From contig OX597827.1 in assembly GCA_951406725.2 (NCBI GenBank), positions 5,270,001-5,334,000 on the forward strand: a stretch of DNA of 64,000 nucleotides, written 5' to 3'. The number at the start of each line of letters is the position of its first letter. Position 1 is the first letter of the stretch. Origin of the DNA: Octopus vulgaris. Its lineage: Eukaryota. Both the position numbers and the translations under genes were made by a program. This document shows, in pieces, positions 55,146 to 64,000 of this stretch. A model generated the notes under the pieces. It was not told the origin of the DNA. It saw only the letters and a program-made list of their open reading frames with translations, and made no database searches.

Positions 55146-55407
55146 GTATCATAGTTCGCTTGAAGCAACGGGTATTGTTTGTAAACAATAATAATATATA
55201 GTAATAATGTGTCTTGAATGACACAACAATGTGCCATTCAAACCACATTATTACTACATATATATATATATATCAGCCGAAATTGCGAGGATGATCCGGT
55301 TCTTGACTGAAGATTAGAGGCTTCGAATGACCCGTCCGTTTTTTGTGTCGTCTCTTTGTGTGTTTTGCGTTCTTGTCCCATTTTGTATTTTTATATATAT
55401 TTTTTAT

Positions 55408-55462
<55 letters not shown>

Positions 55463-56516
55463 TGTGCTTGTGTGTGTGTAGTAGAAGATACTTGTTCAAG
55501 GTGCTTTGCATTGTAACTGAACCTAAAGCCACATGGCTGCAATGTGAGCTTCTTAACCACACAACCACCCCAGTGCTTAGGGTAAATAAATAAATAAGTA
55601 AATAAATAAAAAGTCGAGATTGTCATGGCTAGAATGCTCTTGATAATGAGTATTCTTAATCTAGGGCTAACAGTTATACAGTAACGGTAGACTTGACTGT
55701 AGAACAATTGCAACATGTCCACATTATCATATTACATCCCACATGACTCAGCGCTACATGTGTCAATATGCTCTGTGTAATTCTCTAAGTTACACCTGGA
55801 AACTGTAAATCTCTGGGCTGTGTCTAATTGTGTGGTTGAATGTTTATGAGCCATTGGTTTGCCTGACCAGAGCTGACCATTACGGTGCATGATTATAACA
55901 ACTGGAAACAAAACAGTTCATTTGAGTCACTCTCACAAGGAACAATCTTAATATTCCCAACAATTCAAGGCAGCGAGTTGGCAGAACGGTTAGCATTCCA
56001 GGCAAAATGTTTTGCAGCATTTCATCTGTGTTTACATTCTAAGTTCAAATTCTGCAGTGGCTGACTTTGCCTTTCATTCTTTCAGGGTCGATAAAATAAG
56101 TATCAGTTAAACACTGGAATCGATGTTACCAAATTACTCCATTTCTTGAAATTGCTGGCCTTGTGCCAAAAATTTGAACTCAATATTTCTTACAATTTTC
56201 TATATTTTCTACAATTTTCTATATTTGATGGCATAAAGGATGCATGGGTATATTAAACACACCCCAATTTCAGTAGGGCATGTTCAGGAAGGAAAAGGCT
56301 TTTGTGCATTAAAGCTAATGGGAGGCCCAACATGTGGTGATTCTCTGGAGATTCTCTTTAAGTGGGAGAGAGGTGTGCATCTTACATGCCATAAAAATAT
56401 GGTAGTTGTTTGGGAAACCTGAACATCATCAACGTTAGAATTGAGGGAGATAACTTTTCATTTCCTGAAGTTCCAATTTATGTATTTGGAGTAAATTCTG
56501 TCTTTCAGTTACTCCA

Positions 56517-56765
56517 CTTTTACTGTTTTACTTGTTTCAGTCATTTGACTGTGGCCATGCTGGAGCACCGCCTTTAGCCGAGCAAATCGACCCCGGGACT
56601 TATTCTTTGTAAGCCTAGTACTTATTCTATTGGTCTCTTTTGCTGAACCGCTAAGCTACGGCGATGTAAACACACCAGCATCGGTTGTCAAGCAATGTTG
56701 CGGGGATAAACACAGACACACAAACATATACACACACACACACACATACATACACACACACACAT

Positions 56766-56818
<53 letters not shown>

Positions 56819-56981
56819 TACGACAGACGTCTTTCAGTTTCCGTCTACCAAATCCACTCACAAGGCTTTGGTCGGCCCGAGGCTATAGTAGAAGACACTT
56901 GCCCAAGGTGCCACGCAGTGGGACTGAACCCAGAGCCATGTGGTTGGTAAGCAAGCTACTTACCACAGCCACCCCTACGCC
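56517..56981 (-). mobile_element. SINE family A copy
   Basis: Colinear, CpG-rich (young). Confidence 0.9.
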
Positions 56982-57005
56982 TATATATATATATATATAT
57001 ATATA

Positions 57006-58151
57006 GAAGTCAGGTGGTAGCAGCCAATGGGGCCACTTCCATTAACACGCAAATAGTGAGCGGTGTTCCGCAGGGCACTGTTTTGGGACCACTACTGTTC
57101 ATAATGGCCCTCTCAGACATGCCGTCAGCCATGCAGAGAGCCACGATCACAAGTTATGCAGATGATACAAAAGTTTCACAGGCAATACAAAACCCTGAAG
57201 ACACTAAGCACCTGCAATGTGAGCTGGACGAAATATACAAGTGGGCTGAAAAGAATAGCATGCAGTTCAATGCTGGAAAGTTTCAAGCTTTATACTATCA
57301 GCATGCAAAACTGAATGCAATACCCAATGAATACACTGGACCCGGAGGGATTGCAATCCCAGAGGCACAATCAGTGCGTGACCTGGGTATTCACATGAGT
57401 GATGACGCGACCTTTCATGTACATGTTGCTAAACTGACAATGAAATGTAGACGGCTGGCTGGATGGATTCTTAGAACCTTTAGAACAAGAGAACAAGAAA
57501 CCATGATGGTCCTCTGGAAGACACTTGTCCTAAGCCACTTTGACTATTGCTCTCAGCTATGGTCACCATCCAGTGTCAAGTTGATCACAGAACTTGAGGC
57601 GATCCAACGAAGCTACACGAAGAAGATAGCCTCTGTGCAGCATATGAGCTACTGGGAAAGACTCAAGAGATTAAAGCTCTATTCCCTGGAGCGTAGGCGA
57701 GAAAGATATGCCATAATATATATCTGGAAGATCCTGGAAGGTCTTGTCCCAGACTTTGGCATCGAGAGTCACACAAATGCCAGAACCGGACGCCACTGCG
57801 TAGTACCAAGGACTCCAAATTTGCCATCAAGATGTAGGACAAGATATTGTTATAGCCTGGGCTTCAGAGGCCCACGGCTCTTCAATATCCTCCCGAAGAA
57901 CCTGAGGGACCTGCATGGTGTAGATGCGGATGTCTTTAAAGTAGGACTGGACCTCTTCCTGTCAGGTGTCCCGGATGAACCAACTTCACGGCAGGAGGTG
58001 CAGATGAGGGCAGCTGCATCGAACTCTCTCATGCATCAGATGGCGTTTGCTAAAAAGCATCCGTGAGGTAAAATCGTGTAGCAAACCAAATGGCGGTGCC
58101 CCACCATGGCCACAGCTCATTAGCTGAAACTGGAAAAATCAAAATCAAATC
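57006..58151 (+). mobile_element. 5'-truncated CR1-like LINE
   Basis: Starts abruptly within RT after (TA)n; short 3' UTR with a stem-loop and (AAATC)n-like tail; (TA)n on both sides. Confidence 0.9.
57014..58066 (+). CDS. Reverse transcriptase, C-terminal part of LINE ORF2 (truncated, 350 open codons)
   Basis: SGVPQGTVLGPLLF, YADDTK, RDLGI, DYCSQLWSP, SYWERLKRLKLYSLERRRER motifs of CR1-group LINEs. Confidence 0.9.
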   Translation: MVAANGATSINTQIVSGVPQGTVLGPLLFIMALSDMPSAMQRATITSYADDTKVSQAIQNPEDTKHLQCELDEIYKWAEKNSMQFNAGKFQALYYQHAKLNAIPNEYTGPGGIAIPEAQSVRDLGIHMSDDATFHVHVAKLTMKCRRLAGWILRTFRTREQETMMVLWKTLVLSHFDYCSQLWSPSSVKLITELEAIQRSYTKKIASVQHMSYWERLKRLKLYSLERRRERYAIIYIWKILEGLVPDFGIESHTNARTGRHCVVPRTPNLPSRCRTRYCYSLGFRGPRLFNILPKNLRDLHGVDADVFKVGLDLFLSGVPDEPTSRQEVQMRAAASNSLMHQMAFAKKHP

Positions 58152-58186
58152 ATATATATATATATATATATATATAAATATATATG

Positions 58187-58955
58187 GTACCAGTGCCGGT
58201 GGCACACAAGAAAACCATCCGAACGTGGCCGTAGCCAGTACCGCATCGACTGGCCTCCGTGCTGTGGGCACGTAACAAACACCATCCATCTGGCACCTGT
58301 GTCGGAGGCACATAAAAACATCATCCGAAGACCCGGCAAGACTAGTCAGGCCATAACCCGTGGCCCCTACCTGGGACATTGTCAGTTCACCTGTGCATAC
58401 CTTCCTTCCTTCTTGTGACACTTGTGAAGACCTGTTGAGGCAAGTGAAAATCAAATCAAATCAAATAAAAATAGATGAACATCAATGGAATTTGTATCTT
58501 AGTGGTACCAGTGCCGGTGGCACACAAGAAAACCATCCGAACGTGGCCGTAGCCAGTACCGCATCGACTGGCCTCCGTGCTGTGGGCACGTAAGAAACAC
58601 CATCCGATCGTGGCCATTCGTCAGCCTCGTTTGGCACCTGTGTCGGTGGCACATAAAAACACCATCCGAGCGTGGCCGTTCGCCAGCCTCGTCTGGCACC
58701 TGTGTCGGTGGCACATAAAAACACCATCCGAGCGTGGCCGTTCGCCAGCCTCGTCTGGCACCTGTGTCGGTGGCACATAAAATCACCCACTACACTCTCG
58801 GAGTGGTTGGCGTTAGGAAGGGCATCCAGCTGTAGAAACACTGCCAGATCTGACTGGCCTGGTGCAGCCTTCGGGCTCCCCAGACCCCAGTTGAACCGTC
58901 CAACCCATGCTAGCATGGAAAGCAGACGTTAAATGATGATGATGATGATGATGAT
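58187..58955 (+). mobile_element. RTE-LINE 3' end with VNTR, preceded by a partial duplicate (58187-58327)
   Basis: gaagacccggcaagactag (probable ORF end), (ATCAA)n, three 62-bp units, (GAT)n tail. Confidence 0.85.
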
Positions 58956-58984
58956 ATATACATATATATATATATATATATATG

Positions 58985-59022
<38 letters not shown>

Positions 59023-59032
59023 TGTATGTATG

Positions 59033-59067
<35 letters not shown>

Positions 59068-59677
59068 ATGTGTGTGTGTCTTCAGTAGTATTTCCTCATT
59101 CTAGAAGAAATACATTTGAAACCTTGGGGCCATTTATTTAATTTATGTTGGGGAACAGTTGTGATTTCCATCTGCGCCCAGTGCATCTATGGTGCACCTG
59201 TGCTGAGATAATTAAAAACCTGTCAGATCGCAGAGAAATAAATGCTGGTGCTGCAATCATGAATTAACAATGGAAACATGTCGTCACTTGATCTGCTAGA
59301 AATAGCTGCCAAATCCAACTCAAATCACACCTTAAAATTTTTTAAAATGTATCGACACATTGGACAGTATAAAGAGCAAAGCATTGTGGTCATGGTCGGA
59401 ACGTCTTTGATCATGTCTGAGCTGGTGCTAAACAGCGACGAAGTCAACAATTATACTAACCCATCTCTACAAAATGTTCTGAAAGTGGGATAAAATGGCT
59501 TATTGAAAAGTAGGGATGAAATCGATCATTTCAGGCAGGTCTCGGTTATTCCCCTTTGTGAACTGTTTGTACAGTAGGGGGTTGGAGGACTTACAAAAAC
59601 AAAAACAAAAAAAAGAGCAAAATGTCCCAAAACTTGAAAACTTGCAGATTGTATGAGAAAGTAGCCCCGGCAACAGT

Positions 59678-59798
59678 GTTAGCAATAGCAGTAGCAGTAG
59701 CAGTAGCAGTAGTAGTAGTAGTGGTAGTAGTTGTAGTGGTAGTAGTTGTAGTGGTGGTGGTAGTGGTGGTGGTGGTGGTAGTGGTGGTGGTGGTGGTG

Positions 59799-59881
<83 letters not shown>

Positions 59882-59888
59882 TGTTGTT
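59678..59888. repeat. (GCA/GTA/GTG)n trinucleotide tract
   Basis: Read directly from sequence. Confidence 0.95.
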
Positions 59889-60136
59889 TTGTTTAGACCC
59901 CGCCGTCCCCTGTCAGAGCTGATCCTGTAGGATTATCATAATATAATATGACTGTGTGGTAAGAAGTTTACTTCCTAACCACATGGTTCTGGTTTCAGTC
60001 CCACCGCATGGTACCTTGGGGAAAGTGTCTTCTGCTATAGCCTCACCCAGTTAAAGCCTTGTGAGTGGATTTGGTGGACTGAAATTGAAAGAAGCCTGTT
60101 ATATGTGTGTGTGTGTGTGTGTGTGTGTGAGTGTGT

Positions 60137-60167
<31 letters not shown>

Positions 60168-60727
60168 CTGCAGTTTATTCTACCAATATTTCCGTATGGA
60201 ATGTAATTTATTGATCTTCATTAAATGACCAAGTTACACTTCTTAAGTAAAGGGACATAACTTGACTCACCTATATGTAGATATGCAAACACACACGCAC
60301 GCACACACACACTTGTGTACATATACACACATATGTATATGCATATCTGTATATATTCGCATGTATGTATGCATAGGTAATGAGCTTCTGTAGTTTCCCT
60401 CTCCCCAAATCCATTCACAATCCATTGTTTAGCTCATGGATATTATAGAAGCCACTTGCCCTAGGTACCACATGACTTTTTTTTCTATCCCTTTATTAAT
60501 TACCTCAATCTGACTCACCCCTTTTATCGTTATTGGCTACCAGTGCTCTGTCAGGTTATAGTCACTGTACCTGCTCCTTCATTAAATCAATAAAGAATCA
60601 TTTATTTATATATATGAAATCATGTACACATCCATCCATCCATATATATATATAAATGTGTGTGTACACACATATATATATATATATATATGTGTATACA
60701 CATATATATATATATATACATGTGTTC

Positions 60728-60760
<33 letters not shown>

Positions 60761-60872
60761 CATGTGTTCATGTATATATATATATATATACACACACACA
60801 TATATATATATATGCATGTGTACACACACACATGCACATATATATGTATTGATACATATATGTGTGTATATG

Positions 60873-60907
<35 letters not shown>

Positions 60908-61348
60908 ATGTATGTATGTATATGTATGTATGCACACACACACACGCACACAAATGAGCGCATGTATCATACAGAGACTTCCACAAATGCATGGATATAA
61001 ATATGAGTGATTAATTCAACAATTCATTTATTAATGAGCTAGAATCTTTCAAAGAACTTTTATTGTTTAAATGGAGATGTGTGTGAAAATAAGCCGGAAA
61101 TATAAAGGAAAAAACATCTGGCCCCTTTACTTACTTATTTTGTGGGGATTCATTGATGCATGTCCTTATTTAATAATTGTGTATTAAACAAAAGAAATTA
61201 TGATTAGAAGAGATAAAGAAATATAAGTGGCATCATTTGTGCATGGCAAGTGTCTAAGAAGGTAGAAATAGCTGAGATATATAATAATGAAATAGCTGGG
61301 GTGCATAATAATAAAATAGCTTGAGTATGCAATAATCAAAGATTGTGT

Positions 61349-61734
61349 AATAGGAGCACTCCGTCGGTTACGACGATGAGGGTCCCAGCTGATACGATCA
61401 ACGGAACAGCTTGCTCGCGGAATTAACGTGCAAGTGGCTGAGCATTCCACAGACACGTGTACCCTAAACATAGTTCTCGAGGAGATTCAGCGTGACACAG
61501 AGTGTGACAAGGCTGGCCCTTTGAAATACAGGTACAACAGAAACAGGAAGTAAGAGTGAGAGAAAGTTGTGGTGAAAGAGTACAGCAGGGTTTGCCACCA
61601 CCCCCTGCAGGAGCCTTGTGAAGCTTTAGGTGTTTTCGCTCAATAAACACTCACAATGCCCGGTCTGGGAATCGAAACTGCGATCCTACAACCGCGAGTC
61701 CGCTGCCCTAACCACTGGGCCATTGCGCTTCCAC
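61349..61734 (-). mobile_element. tRNA-derived SINE family B, full length
   Basis: A box tggcccagtgg, B-box-like gtttcgattcc; 12-bp TSD caaagattgtgt (61337-61348 and 61735-61746). Confidence 0.9.
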
Positions 61735-61830
61735 CAAAGATTGTGTGATGTCAGTGGTGTGAAATTGACAGAGTAGGAAATGATGGGTAAGATAGAATAG
61801 AGTGAGTAAAATCTACCTTCTGGCCAAGCT

Positions 61831-62270
61831 TATGAGGAGTCACTGAAAAGCTCCTGGCTTTGGGTAAAAGAAAACACAGGAGGGTCAGTTGATTATGATT
61901 TTAACCCTTTTGTTACCAACCCGGCTGAAACCGGCTCTGGCTCTGAGTACAAATGTCTTTTTTTCATAAGTGTTGAATTAAAATCTTCCACCAAACCTTA
62001 GTCACAATCTATGTTCCTAACACTAGCTTAATGATAACTAAGTTATTTTACTAAATTCTTTGTTATATTTAAAGTAATTGAAAGAAACACAGAGCATCTC
62101 AACAGAAATATGGTAACAAAAGGGTTAATCAACATATTCCCCTCTCAGACACACACACTTATTGCAGTGGTCCTTTAGTTTCTCTAAACCCTGTAAAAAA
62201 GCTTGGAAGGTTGAGCCTCCAACCAGGCCTTTTGCAATGCCCATAAAGCCAGGATTTTTCAGCACTCTAT
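61831..62270 (-). mobile_element. Mariner-derived non-autonomous element interrupted by a piggyBac MITE
   Basis: Decayed TIRs tgaaaagctcctggcttt / aaagccaggatttttcag; minus translation FLQGLEKLKDHCNKCVCLRGEYVD* resembles the mariner C-terminus. Confidence 0.7.
61901..62128. mobile_element. piggyBac-type MITE, second family
   Basis: TTAA-CCCTTTTGTTACCA ... TGGTAACAAAAGGG-TTAA. Confidence 0.9.
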
Positions 62271-62532
62271 CTTAAAAGGCGTGAGAATATGCTCAAACAT
62301 TTAGATTTCTGCCGTCTGACACACATTTAACTTTCAAGATGCCATGGCATTCATTTTCAGCTGAGCAAATTGAAGCAATGTGAAATAAAATGTTTTGATC
62401 GAGGACACAATGTGAAGCTCCCCTTTGTGAATTGAACCCATGACTTAAACAGTCCTGAGTCCAACACCCAAACCACTACATCTCCCTCCCTGCTGTTCCT
62501 ACTCCTTGCACATTATGCTCCCACTATTTTCT

Positions 62533-62944
62533 TATTTCTTTACTGCCCACAAGGGACTACACACAGAGGGGACAAACAAGGACAGACAAAGTGATTAAGT
62601 CGATTATATTGACCCCAGTGCATGACTGGTACTTATTTAATCGACCCCAAAAGGATGAAAGGCAAAGTCGACCTCGACGAAATTTGAGCTCAGAATGTAG
62701 CGGCAGATGAAATACCTATTTCTTTACTACCCACAAGGGGCTAAACACAGAGGGGACAAACAAGGACAGACAAACGGATTAAGTCGATTATATTGACCCC
62801 AGTGCATAACTGGTGCTTATTTAATCAACCCCGAAAGGATGAAAGGCAAAGTCGACCTCGGCAGAATTTGAACTCAGAACATAGCGGCAGACAAAATACC
62901 GCTAAGCATTTCGCTCGGCGTGCTAACGTTTCTGCCAGCTCACC
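62533..62944 (-). mobile_element. SINE family C with a tandem duplication of its 3' ~185 bp
   Basis: tatttctttact..cccacaaggg..acacagaggggacaaacaaggacagac occurs at about 62533 and 62717. Confidence 0.85.
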
Positions 62945-63589
62945 CTATTTTCTGATTAACCCTTTGTCCTCAGCCACTTCTATCTCTCTCATCTTACCCA
63001 CCTCTCTTTACTAGCATTTCCAATCAACCGCACCTCTTCCCTTATTCATTATTCACTTCATTCACAACTACTCTAACACTAAGCGTTTGTTTCTCTCCTC
63101 TCACATTCTTATAAAACTTATCCACCTTCTCCTGTCCCTTCTTCCACTGCCTGTGTCCTCTTTTATGCTCACCTACTTGTACCTTGAGGGTTTGTTTTGA
63201 CACTCATCACTACCATCTTTATCTCTTTTCCAGCCATGTCCCACCAGTATACAATACAGGGTAGCCATGCATCTCCTCTATAGCTTGGGCTCCTGATAGA
63301 AAGAGGCAGCAGTTGTTGACTGTTCAACTGTCAATTTTATATTTCATTTTTAAATAATAATGTGAGTTGGTTTGATATTTGGTCTATCTGAATATGGGCA
63401 TCTGAATTCAAAAATTATATTTGTGGTGTTGTCTCATATCCTCTGAAGCATGTGGAGAATATTGCAAGAATTAACTTCGACAATAGCGGCTCAGGTATTG
63501 GAAAATATTAAACTTTGTACATAAACGGTTAAATTGTTGGAATGGTTGAATTGAAATTTATTCTGTACATAAACAGCATAGGTGATGAC

Positions 63590-63822
63590 AAAGATGTCAT
63601 TGGTGGCATCACTGCTGCAATTGCTGATGCTGATGGTGATGATGAGGATAGTGATGTTGATCAGGGTGGTGGTGGTGGTGATGGTAGGGGTGATGATGAT
63701 GATGATGATGATGGTGGGAGTGGTGATTATGGTGGTGATGGTATTAGTGATGGTTGTGGTGATTGTGATGGTGATGATGGTGATTGTAGTGGTGATAATG
63801 GTAGTTGTGGTGATTATGATGG

Positions 63823-63853
<31 letters not shown>

Positions 63854-64000
63854 GGCAGAATTGGCAGCGGCTGTGATGGTGGCAGCAGCAGTGGTGGTGG
63901 TGGTGGTGCTGGTAGTAGTGGTTGTGGTGCTGGTAGTAGTGGTGGTGATGGTGATGGTAGTGGTGATGAGGAGGAGGATGATGATGATGATGATGATGAT
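63590..64000. repeat. Degenerate (GAT/GGT)n trinucleotide tract
   Basis: Read directly from sequence. Confidence 0.9.

Noticed and set aside
55290-55340. CTGAAGA..ttcgaa as a hammerhead
   Set aside because: No GAAA, no convincing stem II and no stem I
61660-61734. tRNA genes at SINE heads
   Set aside because: They have A/B boxes but continue into SINE bodies with TSDs and lack a complete cloverleaf

Overview
AT-rich, microsatellite-dense eukaryotic DNA. The repeat families look like those of a coleoid cephalopod (probably Octopus; this is recognition, not a search result). Nearly all listed ORFs are artefacts of (TA)n, (CA)n or (GGT)n tracts. The window is mostly intronic or intergenic and filled with transposons: at least four tRNA-head SINE families, a 5'-truncated CR1-like LINE with an open RT ORF (57006-58151), many RTE LINE 3' ends carrying a 62-63 bp hairpin VNTR, two decayed R4/Dong-type fragments, two non-autonomous Helitrons, and piggyBac, hAT and mariner MITEs. 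Two or three phase-compatible minus-strand exons (21621-21523, 20257-20110, 15299-15019) appear to be the 3' end of an unidentified host gene. The most interesting signals are (i) hammerhead ribozyme motifs of the Penelope-like type: one canonical type I at 44244-44336 (-) and two minimal motifs with non-canonical cores at 36622-36672 and 42554-42589; (ii) a 3'-tail stem-loop shared with compensatory changes between the dominant SINE and the CR1-like LINE; and (iii) several long fold-back structures that could be dsRNA/ADAR substrates.
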